From contig OX597814.1 in assembly GCA_951406725.2 (NCBI GenBank), positions 104,656,001 through 104,720,000 of the forward strand: a stretch of DNA of 64,000 nucleotides, written 5' to 3'. The notes beneath the pieces were generated by a model. It was not told the DNA's origin. It searched no databases and saw nothing but the letters and a program-made list of their open reading frames with translations. Every line of letters starts with the position of its first letter. Within the stretch, counting starts at the first letter, position 1. The translations under genes were made by a program, and so were the position numbers. The DNA is from Octopus vulgaris (lineage: Eukaryota). Shown here one piece after another: positions 1 to 12,275 of this stretch.

Positions 1-647
1 GGGTGGTGTGTTGTGATGTGATGTGTAATGTTGTATGGTGTAGTGTGGTGTGGTGTGATGTTGTTGGGAGGTGGAGAGGCGAGAGTGGGGAAAGCACGGG
101 TAGAGTGTGAGTTCGGCTGGGGGTTGGGTAGCGTTGGGGTTTGTGGGTAGGCAGAGGGCGGGTGTAGAGGTGGGGTATGTGGGGTGGGTGGGTGGGATAG
201 GATGGAGGGATGGGGATGGGAAGGATAGGGAAGGTGGAGTAGGGATGTTTAGGGGTAGGTGGGTTTATGGGGGGAGGGGAAGGTGGACATGTGAGGAGAG
301 AGAGGAGGAGAGAAGAGAGAAAGAGAGAAGAGAGGAAGAGAGGAAGAGAGAAGAGAGAAGGAGGGGAGAGAAAGAGAGTAGGAGAGAAGAGAGAAAGAGA
401 GTAAGAGAGAAGAGGGAAAGAGAGTAGGGGTGAAAAGAAGTAGCAGTGAAGAGAAGTAGGAGTGAACAGAAGTAGGAGTTGGTGCAAGAGAGGAGAGTTG
501 GGTGGGAAGAAGGAGGAGGGAGGAGGAGAGAGGAGAGGAGAGAGAGGGAGCAGAGAGAAAGAGAGAAGAGAGAAAGAGAGTAATGGAGAAGAGGGAAAGA
601 GAGTAAGGGTGAAAAGATGTAGGAGTGAAGAGGAGTCGGGGAGGAAG
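1..647. repeat. G/GA-rich low-complexity tract, probably the pyrimidine-rich 3' UTR of the adjacent PLE
   Basis: TG/GGT-rich then GAGA-rich sequence with an internal duplication (about 385-455 vs 564-634), directly downstream of the PLE stop on the minus strand. Confidence 0.6.
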
Positions 648-965
648 TTAGATGAAGAGGAGAGGAGAGTTGAGCCCAAATGGCGTAAAAGAGCGAATAG
701 AGAAGATTAATCCTTGTTCACGGCGCAAACGGGAGTTCGGATGGCCTCTGTGCAAGGACAATCCGAACACAGACAGGTATTGCAAGGAATGACCGGTGGA
801 GCGGAAATGGTGTGAGACTGGGGTGTTATTACCGAAGCGGATGTCTCGGAGGTGTTCTGCGAACCGGTCAGCCAAGCGACATCCCGTTTGTCCGGTGTAC
901 AGGGACTGGCAGAGAGAGCAGGAGATGCAATAGATGATATTGCTGGAGGTGCATGTGAAGGAGTC
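648..965 (-). pseudogene. PLE GIY-YIG endonuclease domain
   Basis: FTCTSSNIIYCISCSLCQSLYTGQTGCRLADRFAEH...PVSHHF...RREQGLI...PFGLN in ORF 648..1295. Confidence 0.88.
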
Positions 966-2103
966 GATGATGGGTGCCGGTGAGGAAGGTGGTGTTGGAG
1001 AGGTAAGAGCAAGTGCGGTAGCGTGGGCGGGAGCAGGGAAACGAGCCAGGCTGGGAGGTAGGATTGGGGAAGAAGCTGTAAACCAAGAGGTCTCGTAGGT
1101 TGTGGGCTCGTTTGAAGGAGGGGAGGGCTCGGTTAGGGAAGATGTGTGAAGTGGACGGGTCTGACTGGAGATGCCGGAAAGCTCGGAGAATGGTGCGTTG
1201 GATAGGTAGGGTGGTGGGGTGGGGAGAGAGCAGATGCACGGTCCACGGAACGTGCTCTGGCAAGGGGGTGTGGATAGTGGTGAGGAGATATCCACGTAGG
1301 ATGACGTGGCGAGCTATGAGTTGAGACTGAGTCTCAAAGTCATGGTCGTCACTACAGAGCCTGCGTAGACGGAGGAATTGGGAATAGGGGATGGAAAGCT
1401 TGGTGTGTTTGGGGTGGGAGGAGGAGAAGTTTAGGTATGAGTGTGAGTCTGTGTATTTGTAGTGGATGGAGGTGGTAAGAGTGGAGTGATGAATGCTGAC
1501 CGAAATATCAAGAAAGGAGACAGAGGTGTCAGAAATAGTGCAGGAGAAGTGGAGGGCAGGATGGAAAGATTTGACGAAAGAGAGGAAGGAGTCTAGATGT
1601 TTGCGGGAGAGTGAGGTGGCACCGATACAGTCGTCAATATAACAGCCATATAGTTCGGGAGTGGGACCAATGAAACTAGAGAATATTTGGGCCTCAACAT
1701 AGCCAACGAACAGGTTCGTATAGTTGGGGCCCATTCTCGTTCCCATGGCCACTCCCGAGATTTGCTGGTAGAAATCGCCCGCGAACGAGAAGCTGTTGAG
1801 TGAGAGGATAAGTTCGGCCAGACGAACAAGTGTGGAGGTGTCGGGTTGGGGATTGGGTCGGAGGTCCAGGAAGTGTTTAAGTGCACGCAGCCCCTCGTGG
1901 TGAGGGATCACAGTGTAGAGGCTCTGGATGTCCATTGTAAAGAGAAGTTTGGAGGAGCCAGGAGGGAAGAAGTAAGAGTTGAAAAGACGAAGAGCATGGT
2001 TGGTGTCATGGATGTGAGAAGGAAGAGAAGCCACTAGGGGGGCAAGGACACGGTCAAGATATTTGGAGATAAGCTCGGTGGGGCAGTTACAGGCGGAGAC
2101 CAT
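868..2103 (-). pseudogene. PLE reverse transcriptase domain; the ORF tail reads out of frame
   Basis: 411-aa ORF with DIQSLY, QISGVAMG, YIDD and thumb motif YKYTDSHSYLNFSSSHP. Confidence 0.9.
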
Positions 2104-2306
2104 GGGGCGGCCAAGGTTGTTGAGTTTGTGGATTTTGGGGAGGAAGTAAATGGTGGGGGTGTGGGGGGTTCGGACAATGAAGTTGGATGCGGTGTGGGGG
2201 AGACGGGAGGACGAGATGAGGTCGTGTATTGTAGTGGAGACCGTCTGTTGGTCGCTACGCGTGGGGTCAGAGGACAGAGGGCAGTAGAAGGAGGTGTCAT
2301 GGAGTT

Positions 2307-2540
2307 GGCGGCGAGCTGGCAGAGAGGTTAGGACATCGGACGAAATGCTTAGCGGTATTTCGTCTACCGTTACGTTCTGGGTTCAAATTCCGCCGAGGTC
2401 GACTTTGCCTTTCATCCTTTCGGGGTCGATAAATTAAGTACCAGTTACGCACTGGGGTCGATGTAATCGACTTAATCCGTTTGTCTGTCCTTGATTGTCT
2501 CGTCTGTGTTTAGCCCCCTGTGGGTAGTAAAGAAATAGGT
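2307..2540 (+). mobile_element. tRNA-derived SINE family A, full length, inserted in the PLE with a target-site duplication
   Basis: Starts GGCGGCGAGCTGGCAG, B-box GGTTCAAATTCC, ends GTAAAGAAATAGGT; flanked by AGGTGTCATGGAGTTGGCGG at 2292-2311 and 2537-2556; many homologous copies in the window. Confidence 0.9.
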
Positions 2541-3964
2541 GTCATGGAGTTGGCGGAGAGCTTCGGCCCTGTAGAGGTCCGCGCGCCATACCACCACAAC
2601 TCCACCCTTGTCGGCCGGTTTAATAACGATGTCAGCGCGCCGTCAGAGGGAACGAAGAGCCGAGAGTTCGGCTGGGAAGATGTTGAGACGATGGGGGTGC
2701 CTGGAGAAGTTTAACCGCTCCAAACACGCTGACAGGCGCCCGCAAAATCATCCACTGCTTGGAACTGGCCAGGAACAGGCGTCCACTGGGTTGGTCGGCG
2801 GCCCAGGTCAGTGAAGCAGTCCTCCTCGTTTGATGCGGGTGGAGTGTCACGGAAAGGCGCACACAACCTGACGCGGCGCACAAAGCTGTGGATATCAGCA
2901 CGAATCTGAAATTCCTTACAGGATGGAGTGTGGGGGATTAAACGCAGACCTCCTACTAAGGATGGAGCGCTCAGCTACAGAGAGGGGAAGATCTGGGGGA
3001 ATGGTAACCACAGACTGAAGGGGAGAAGAGGTGGATGGAATAGAAGCAGGAGGAGTGGATAGGGTGGAGGTAGGAGGGGTGGTAGGGATGGTGGAAGGCC
3101 GGGGGGAGGGAGTGGGGATGTGTGAGGGAGGTTAGAGGGACAGTGGGGTTGGGTGTGGGTGGGTGGAGCCTATCAGGGAGGGAGAAGGGTAGTGGAGGAG
3201 TTGGGGTAGTGGCATCGGGTGTGATGGAATGGAGCAGTGAGTGGAGTTTACGAAGTTTGGTGTTGGCAGGGAATTGATGAAAGAGATGATTTAAATGAAT
3301 TATATAACGCAACGTGTTGTGAGCATGGAAGAGCGGCAGAGAGGAGAAAAAGATGAGAAAAGCAGGAGGAAGAAGGCGGTCGATGGTATGTATTTTAGAG
3401 AGATTGGAGCGAGTGGTGGCACGCATAAGGCGGTAAGATGTGGTACGGAGTATGGGTAGGATGGATGAAGCAGAGTAGAGAGTGGGGTGGAAATGGAGGC
3501 GGAAACCTTTAGGGATGAGGCGGTGATGTAAGCAGCGGCTGAGAAATGAAACGTGGCTAGAGAAGCGGGATTTTTTTTTAAATGAGTAAAGAGAGGTTAA
3601 TGGACTGCTGAAAGCAGTGGGAAGGAAGTAAGCAGAGATAAATTTTAGGCGATGGTGAAGAGTGAGGAGGTAGGATTTTTAGTCCAGCATGGTGGAATAA
3701 CAAGGAGAAAAAAAGGAAAGGAAATTAAACGTGGAAAGGGAACATACAAAAGGTGTGAGAGAAAGAAGTAGTTTCTACGGAGACATAGGATATTTTCGCT
3801 CGGTTATCCTGACTATGAAGGGAATATGTTGTTTCCCATTGCATTTTACGCTTCAGACTTACATGCTATTCTTTTGGGCTATTGTTACCTCGCCAACCCA
3901 CCTTTCAGAAAATTACTGGAAAGTACACCCTCGAGAAGTTCGTGAGAGTTTGGCTATAGATGAA

Positions 3965-4391
3965 TGTAACTGTCTTTAGTCGTTTTAATTTATTGGCCTT
4001 TTAATCCTTAGTCCTTTCAGTCTGTTCTTCCTCATAGCTTCCTGATGGAGGGGAACACTTGCCCTTCTCGGTTGACTGAAGATGGCGAGGCGATCTTCAT
4101 GGTGGCCACGACTGAACACGAGCCAGCTCCTGTTCGACTTAATTTCACAATTGTGTAATAAGGGGACTCTGGATGAAACAGTGCAAACAGTTTCATATCA
4201 CTGAGTTCAAGTCGGAAAGACCCGACCGTGAGCATTTTCCTGTCTGTAGAATATATTTGAAACCAGCAACGATTCTCCGTTCACTGCAGGTGTCACTAGC
4301 AAGTCTAGGATTCCTGAAATTGTCCCTGGTCCCCTGGGATGACAGTCCTTTTGGATAGATTGGGCAACTATGTTACCCTGGCCCACTAACA
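3965..4391. mobile_element. Probable solo LTR
   Basis: 427-bp unique segment with TGTAA...TAACA ends, flanked by ATGAA / ATGAC (4 of 5 bases match as a TSD); no second copy in the window. Confidence 0.4.
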
Positions 4392-4529
4392 ATGACAGTC
4401 GTGATGATGCCGATAATGATGGTGATGACGACGATGAGGAGGATGATTATGAAGAATCTGGGAGACGGGATAAACCGACAGGCGAAGATTAAGGTCCCAG
4501 TCAAGACGAATTTTGAAATAATTATAAGC

Positions 4530-4642
<113 letters not shown>

Positions 4643-4789
4643 TTTGCTTTTATTTTAAGTTACGCATGCAAACGATTTAACATTAAAACTGAAGGATGAA
4701 TCAATACCATTCGGTAACCTTTACAAGGAAAAGGTCGACAGCGGAAACTTCGAAGTCTCACTCAACGTTTTCTTTATAATACTAATATA

Positions 4790-5185
4790 TTCTTTTATTC
4801 TTTTATTTGTTTCAGTCATTTGACTGTGGTCATGCTGGAGCACTGCCTTTAGTTGAACAAGTCAACCCCAGGACTTATTCTTTGTAAACCTAGTAGTTAT
4901 TCTATTGGTCTCTTTTACCGTACCCATAAGACAGGGGACGTAAACACACCAACATCGGTTGTCAAGTGATGGTGGTGGTGGTGGGGGACAAACAAACACA
5001 CACATTCTCACACACATATATATACGACGGGCTTCTTTCAGTTTCCGTCTACCAAATCCACTCACAACCCTGTGGTCGGCTCGAGGTTATAAAAGAAGAC
5101 ACTTGCCCAAGGTGCCACGCAGTGGGACTGAACTCGGACCTATGTGGTTGGGAAGCAAGTTTCTTACCACATAGCAATGCCTGCG

Positions 5186-5187
<2 letters not shown>
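4790..5187 (-). mobile_element. tRNA-derived SINE family B, full length
   Basis: Reverse complement of the copy at 60301-60696: GGCGCAGG head, B-box, CCTTGGGCAAGTG core, internal microsatellite, TAAAAGA-type tail. Confidence 0.9.
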
Positions 5188-5242
<55 letters not shown>

Positions 5243-5369
5243 ATATTTCTATATATGTTTGTATATGTATGTATATATATATGTATATATATGTGTATAT
5301 ATATACATATATAAATGTATATATATTTACATATTCATAGGTATGTCTGTTTATATATATATATATATA

Positions 5370-5565
5370 CACATACTCACCCATGATAGATCGCTAGCCA
5401 CTACACATTCTTTATTTTCTCACCTTGTTTCTTTCTGTATTCCTTTCTGTGGAAGAGCATAGGCTCGAAACGTTAAAGACTTTTTCACTTCCCGAGCATT
5501 ATACTAATACATATGTTTGTTGTCTACACCACCTGTATTCGTCTTTTATTGTTAATTCTCACTAT
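5370..5565 (+). mobile_element. Short PLE pLTR-like element with a degenerate minimal hammerhead
   Basis: CTTT-CTGTGGA-AGAGC ATAG GCTC-GAAAC GTT-AAAG at 5443-5478; related minus-strand copy at about 28650-28860; microsatellite flanks. Confidence 0.6.
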
Positions 5566-5630
5566 ATATATGTGTGTGTGTGTCTGTGTGCACGCATACC
5601 TGTACATATATATGCGTATGTGTGTGTATG

Positions 5631-5668
<38 letters not shown>

Positions 5669-5703
5669 AACATACATACCTATAAATATGTAAATACATA
5701 TAC

Positions 5704-5755
<52 letters not shown>

Positions 5756-5772
5756 TTATATATATATATGTT

Positions 5773-5811
<39 letters not shown>

Positions 5812-7013
5812 ATGCATGTATGTATATGTATGTGTATGTCTGTGTGTTTATATATAGTTACCCAGTATTTCTGTTCTGTGACACAAATTTAAGGGATTCT
5901 GTATCTACTAAAACAGTTTACTTACGACTAAGTAGGTCCAAAGATAGCTGGAATGTTTCAAACACAAAATGTCGGCCATATTCGAAAGAGACAAACAAAG
6001 ATCTATTATTTAATGTTAAAAGACTTAACTTCGCCGTCAAGAGCGATAAAACATTACCTACATTAATGTTTTCTTTTCTCCTCGTTTGTCTTTGCTTGCG
6101 AAGTGTTGATAATGTAGCTTACTCAGTAATAATAAACCATATTCTTAAGGAATGCAATCTCTTTTGAGATTTGGCAAGCATTACTATCAAATAAACATCG
6201 ATAACATAAGTAATTCTGGTAAAATATAGATAGAGTGTGTACTAATATCTCGCGGTATATTTGATTGTTTTTTTATTTATCATTTTGTTTTTTAACATTT
6301 GATGCTGTGGTGGTGAAGATGTAAGATTTATCAATGAATAGCAATAACAATTTCGTTTTCACTGAAAGCACTTTTAGTTCGATGCAACAATTATCTGGAT
6401 TAATATTTTGTTTTGCTTTGTTTTCTGTTTTTTTTTGCTTCTTTTATGTTATTATATCAGATGGAAAGACTTTTTCCGTATCAATGAGTTGCAATGAAAA
6501 TCGTTTCTTTTGTTTTCCGATTCACTAAAAAGCACATCTAATGTCACCAATGATGTGTGATATTATTGATATCGAAGCAAAATAATTGTTGTCGCTGAAA
6601 ATGGCAGTTATTTTTGAAGTAGAGATGCTACAGTGATGACCACCTCAAGTCTATGATGTTGATACTCTACCGATAGTTCAGAGCGTTATAATGTTACTGT
6701 ATATCACCAATAATGACCAGGTAGCTGAGCTGCAGCCTCCATCAACCTTACACTCTCTTCTTATATATTCCTTTGAGTTCTGGGAAGATAGAAAATATTA
6801 ATCTACTTATCAAAACTATCTCGAATCGTTCATTATTACTGATCGATTCTTACGGCTCTTTACCTTCGGGTTTCAAATCTCACCGAAGTCAACTTTGTCT
6901 TTCATCTTTACGGGACTGATGAAATACATAACCAGTTGTCGACTGACTGAAAATTACTGGCCTTGTGTCCAAATTCGAAATCAATATCGCTGCTCAATTG
7001 AACATAGTATGTT

Positions 7014-7227
7014 GGTGTCAAATTTCGGCTCAAGACGAGCAATGTCGGTGGAGGGAGCAAGTGGATTGGATCGACCCGAGTGCTCAACTGGTGCTTATTT
7101 TAGCGACGCCGAAAGGATGAAGAGCAAAGTAGACGTCGGTAGAATTTGAACTGAGAAAATGAAAACGGTCGAAATGCCGCTTAGCATTTTGTCCGGCGTG
7201 CGAACGATTCTGTCAGCTCGCCGCCTT
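7014..7227 (-). mobile_element. SINE family A, diverged, with TSD
   Basis: Ends CAGCTCGCCGCC; flanked by AATTGAACATAGTATGTT / AACTGAACATAGTATATT. Confidence 0.8.
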
Positions 7228-7584
7228 AACTGAACATAGTATATTAGCAGAATAAATCCCGAGTTCAAATCCTGTTGAGGTCATTCCTGTTTTCCCGGGG
7301 TCGATTAAAACAATTACCAATCACGAAATGGAATTAAACGATAAAATTCTTCCCCCACCAAGTCTCAGATCTTGTGCTTATGTAATCTCAACAAGGTCCA
7401 GCGAGTTCTCATTCTAAGACCAAATATTAACGAAGTCGACTCAGCACTTCATCCACCAGGGGTCGCTACAATAAAGTACCGTTTAACTACTGAGCTCGTT
7501 CTGCTCCAAGTTGTTTCTCCCCCCACCCCGCGTCACAAATGAGATTTTCATCAATCAGGGATTTTCTTTATGGTTTGAAATAAT

Positions 7585-7773
7585 TGTTTCGAATTTTGGC
7601 ACAAGGCCAGCAGGGGAGGGTCGTAAATCGATTACATCGACCGCTCGCCGTATTCAAAAGATGAAAGGCAAAGTCAACCTCGACGGGATTTGAACAGAGA
7701 ACTTTAAGGTGGATGAAATGCCGCTGACTATTTTCTCCGGCAGGCCAACGATTCTGTTAGATCACCATTTTAT
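7585..7773 (-). mobile_element. SINE family A, diverged, with TSD
   Basis: GATGAAAGGCAAAGTCAACCTCG...TTTGAAC; TATGGTTTGAAATAAT is duplicated on both sides. Confidence 0.75.
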
Positions 7774-8159
7774 ATGGTTTGAAATAATGTAATTTTCAAA
7801 TACATGTTAGTCTTCATGTGTGCTTATGTATACATTTCTGTGTGTGTGTGTGTGAGTGTTGGAATAATAATGTTCTGGTATTAAGAATGGGATTGGACTC
7901 GTCATTAATAAAAGAAGACGATTAGCAATGTTATTGGTAAGGCGAAAAAAGAAACAAAGAAGATTCCGTTAATATAATTTATAGAAGTGGTTCAGAAGCT
8001 CGCTCCGCAAACACGAGGTTCCAGGATCAATCTCATTGAGCGGTATTTTTGGCAAGTGCCTTCTGTTATGACTCCGGGTTACTTAAAGCCTTCTGAATTA
8101 ATTTCGTCGAAGGAAACTGTGTAGAAACTTGTCGTATATGTGTGTGAGTATATATATAT

Positions 8160-8266
8160 AATGGGTAAATCCGGTTTATGGGATTACCTAAGGTTTCCCG
8201 TCCATAAAGGGTTTAGTTTTATGGACGGGAAACCTAGGGTAAACCCATAAACTGGGCTTCCCCATT
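8160..8266. repeat. Hairpin / MITE-like inverted repeat
   Basis: About 49-bp arms (...AGGTTTCCCGTCCATAAA / TTTATGGACGGGAAACCT...), 9-nt loop, few mismatches. Confidence 0.8.
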
Positions 8267-8329
8267 TTTAATACATACCAATCTACACCTTAAAATGTGC
8301 TTCTCCTTTCGGATTTATGATATTACAAA

Positions 8330-8372
<43 letters not shown>

Positions 8373-8474
8373 TACATATATACACCTATGAGTGTGTGTG
8401 CGCGCATGTGTGTGCGTGCGTGTGTATTTGTATGTGCCTGTTTATGTGTGTGTTTCTACACACATACACACACA

Positions 8475-8550
<76 letters not shown>

Positions 8551-8554
<4 letters not shown>

Positions 8555-9779
8555 GTCATCCCATAAGGTCTATCCAATTTTACCTTTTTTAAAATTGAAA
8601 ATTGAATGAAGTTTAATACTATTTTAGAATGCCTAATAGAATTAAAAATTATTTTTATGCATTTGTGTACATTTAAGCTAATTAAATTATTATTTTACTG
8701 AACAACAGAATTTCTAACACGGAAGTATCCAAAGACCATTCGAGGCACATAATGCTTTATGAGTACAAAAAAGGAAACTCTACAGCCGAAACGACTCGAA
8801 ACATACACTCAGTTTATGGGAAAGAATTCTTGAATGAAAGTACTTGCAGAAGATGGTTTGAAAAATTCAGAAGTGGAGATTTCAGCCTTGAAGATGAAAA
8901 TCGAACAGGACGTTCAGTTGAGTATGATGATAAGCTCCTGGAGGCATTACTTGAAGAAAATCTTACATTACCAGTTGAAGCAATAAAGCTTAGTTCAAAC
9001 CATACAACTGTTCATCGTCATCTTCAACAACTTGGAAATTGTACGAAAGCAACCGCAAATCCCGAGTTGACATCTGCTCTTCTCTCGATTCTCGCGAACT
9101 CATTTCACCCTTTTTGGATAGACTTGTGACTGATGACGAAAAATGGATCTTCTATCGAAATTTTAAAAGTCGTAAACAGTGGCTTGGTAAAAGGGGAAAA
9201 GCTCATCCACAACTGAGAAGGGAACTTCATGGGAAAAAGGTTCTTCTCTATTTGGTTGGATTGCAAAGGAGAAATTCACTTTGAATTGTTACCACCTAAT
9301 GTAACAATCAATGCTCAAGTCTACTGTCAGCAATTTGAGCGTTTGAACCAAGCTTTGAAAAGAAAAAGACCCACTTTAGTGAATCGAAAAGGAGTGATGT
9401 TTCATCAGGACAATGCGCGACCCCACACTGCAAAGATCACATCACAGAAGATCGAAGAGATTGGTTGGGAAAAAATTCATCATCCACCTTATTCTCCCGA
9501 CCTTGCTCCTTCAGACTACCATTTGTTTCGTAGTTTACAGAATCATCTGTGGACATAACTTTCGCAAGCCAGGAGGAGGTGAAAACTGACATTTCAGAGT
9601 GCTTCGCTTTGAAACCAAAAGAGTTTTACATTGATGGGATTAAAAAGCTTGTAAATAGATGGAAGGAAGTCATAGATAATCAGGGAAAGTAAATTGATGA
9701 TTAAATTCCTATTAAATATAACATTTGATCACTTGTTTTCTTTATTCAAAATTCGGACAGAACTTATGGGATGACCTGA
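8551..9779 (+). mobile_element. Full-length mariner (DD34D) DNA transposon, inactive
   Basis: TIRs TCAGGTCATCCCATAAG / CTTATGGGATGACCTGA flanked by TA within (TA)n; about 1.23 kb; transposase inside. Confidence 0.95.
8719..9704 (+). pseudogene. Mariner transposase pseudogene
   Basis: Split over ORFs 8752, 9039 and 9229; motifs RRWFEKFRSGDFSLED, LVTDDEKW, FHQDNARPH, HPPYSPDLAPSDYHLF; likely start is ACG at 8719; WVPHEL segment missing; frameshifts. Confidence 0.93.
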
Positions 9780-9806
9780 TATATATATATATATATATAT
9801 ATTTTT

Positions 9807-10022
9807 TACTCTCTTACTCTTTTACTTGTTTCAGTCATTCGACTGCGGCCATACAGGAACACCACCTTTAGTTGAGCAAATCGATCCCAGGACTTATTCT
9901 TTGTAAGCCTAGTACTTATTCTATCGGTATTTTTTGCCGAACCGCAAGGTGCCACGTAGTGGGACTGCATCCGGAACCATGTGGTTGGTAAGCAAGCTAC
10001 TTGCCATACAGCCACACCTGCG

Positions 10023-10024
<2 letters not shown>
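9807..10024 (-). mobile_element. SINE family B with internal deletion
   Basis: Head and tail are joined at GAACCGC|AAGGTGCC. Confidence 0.85.
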
Positions 10025-10074
<50 letters not shown>

Positions 10075-10119
10075 ATTACTATTATTTAATTGAACTCCAC
10101 GCACCCATTTCCAAATAAG

Positions 10120-10241
10120 TGAAACTCTGAGTAACAGCTCCTATATTATATTCCTGCTGCTTTTAAATAAAGCATATTACTCTACCTCTGGTATTTCAGT
10201 ACTCTTTTTTCCACCTTGTTTCACATTTATGTGCTTCCTCC

Positions 10242-10243
<2 letters not shown>
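10120..10243 (+). mobile_element. pLTR-like fragment of the same family as 57310-57459
   Basis: GAAACTCTGAGTAACAG...AAATAAAGCATATTACTCTACC...TTCCACCTTGTTTCACATTTATGTG is shared with the 57.3-kb element. Confidence 0.75.
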
Positions 10244-10277
<34 letters not shown>

Positions 10278-10287
10278 TATCTGTGTG

Positions 10288-10376
<89 letters not shown>

Positions 10377-11957
10377 ACAGGTATGTATGTGTGTCTGTGA
10401 GTGAGTGTCTGTATTTGTGTTTTCAAAAATTCCAATTGGTAGTATCGTTAGAGCATTGGGTAATATAATTTTGGGTATTTAGTTAGAGTCCTTTACGTTC
10501 TGCGTTCGAATCTCACCGATGTCGACCTTGCTTTTCATCGTTCCACGGTCGATTAGCAAAAGTAGTATTGCAGTCCCGGGGCTAATTATTTGTCTCTGTC
10601 CTTTCCCACACGCTGTGACCCTGCGCACGCTTTGAAATCAACACCAGTAAGTCAATCAATAGCCAAGTCAATTGAAAGCCCCGCTCCTTGTTTTACATAA
10701 TCCACTTCGTTATCCCAAATTTATGAGTTCAATCCTCATCATGCTTGATTTGTCTTTCATTCAGTTGTTGTTGCGGAGAACATAAAACTCTGTTGTAAAT
10801 TGTTAGACAGCATCAATCAACAATAATTCTTTATGTAAAGGACACAAGCTTCATTTGACGCCACGCCCTACTCGTGACTGCCTGCTTGAATGAATATCTA
10901 AATTATGTATAGTCTACAGGATATGGACTGAATGACTCCAGCGGTTGTACAAAAAATTAGACCCTGTACACCTCACCGAAATAAGCCCTAAAGATCGTGG
11001 TTTCTTGACTCGTGAATAATGAGCAGTTCGATTTGAAATCCAATTCTTGTTGCACAGTAATGTTGTCACCCGCGTCACTTCCGGTATAATTCAGTCACAT
11101 ATTTTATCAACAGTTTTTTGTCAGAAATATCAAGTTGAAGATTGTCGAGATTCGAAATCGTAGCTTGAATGTACGTATGTAAACGCTCTAAGTCCATCCA
11201 TGACATTCCCACCGAACTGAATGAAATATTAAAGCTCTTCATTTTCAGAAAAGCGATTTAGAGGAATGAATCAACGCAAGAATATGTTTTGGAGATATTT
11301 TACCGATTCCATAGAGAAAAATGCAAATATTCAGCCCGGAGTTATTTCAACTGAAAACGTAGTGAAACGAACCTCAATACTGTTAGATGTTTAGTCCAAC
11401 AATGTTCCAACCACGACAACCACCACCACCGCCACTACTCCCCTTAAATATGGTAATAAAAATAATACCATTAGCCGTGATATCATCGTTTGTTAAGAAA
11501 ATCAGCTGATTTTATCATAATTAATTAAATGTAATCGAGGACATTTAGCCCGATTAAGATCGTTTCTACTGCACATTGTTATAATTAGATCAAAGATGAT
11601 CAACTATAAAGATTAATATCTTCCACATTTGTCTGTGGAACCAAGAATTCGCCATTTACTGTATTCCAGTACATAGTGACAAAACAGGAATCAGTTGGAA
11701 ATGTTTACCATTTTAATTTCTCCTTCTTTATCTGTCTGTCTGTTAGTCTCTCTTCCCCCCACTCTCTCCTCCTTTTCCCGTCGCCCCTCTTCTGCAACTA
11801 CTTAGTTCAAAGATGGTTGAAACTAGTAGTTTCGCTCACGCGTTAAGAAGAATCTCTCCCAATATTCAATTCTGTGTTTTAATAAAACAGTAAATATTCT
11901 TATTTGGTCTTTCCTTCATACTCCATTTTGTTGTGTATATGTGTGTGTGAAAGAGAA

Positions 11958-11989
<32 letters not shown>

Positions 11990-12275
11990 TGCGCATGCGC
12001 ATCAGTGTTAATGCATATAGCGTAGCAATCACTCGCAAGCGAGGATAATCTGGTATATTCCTTCATACTTTCGCTGGTTGTTTTCGCTTTGTATGTAGTT
12101 CCGAGTAGACTTAAACACACTATTGGCCCTTCCACTCTTAATAACACGGAACATTGAAAATGGGACAGCAAAATGCAACATGAAAGTTTCGATACAGATC
12201 AGCTTCATCACAATATGATTACATTACTTTATACCAGTTATATGCCATACACACATGTGTGTGTATGTATATATA

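Larger units (their letters stand above)
648..3820 (-). mobile_element. Near full-length Penelope-like retroelement (Neptune-like), frameshifted and interrupted by a SINE
   Basis: Minus-strand translation gives the N-terminal PLE motif SHVSFLSRCLHHRLIPKGFRL (ATG at 3690), then LSVAERSILSR, RT motifs TMDIQSLYTVIP / GVAMGTRMGP / YIDD / FLDI / SSSHP, a Cys-rich linker CSRPRYRTC, and a GIY-YIG domain NIIYCISCSLCQSLYTGQTG...RFAEH ending at 648. Confidence 0.92.

Noticed and set aside
107-710. Arg/Glu/Gly-rich ORFs on the plus strand
   Set aside because: They are translations of GA-rich low-complexity DNA antisense to the PLE 3' UTR.
5860-6200. Possible Ty3/gypsy RT relic on the minus strand
   Set aside because: No convincing motif in any frame examined.
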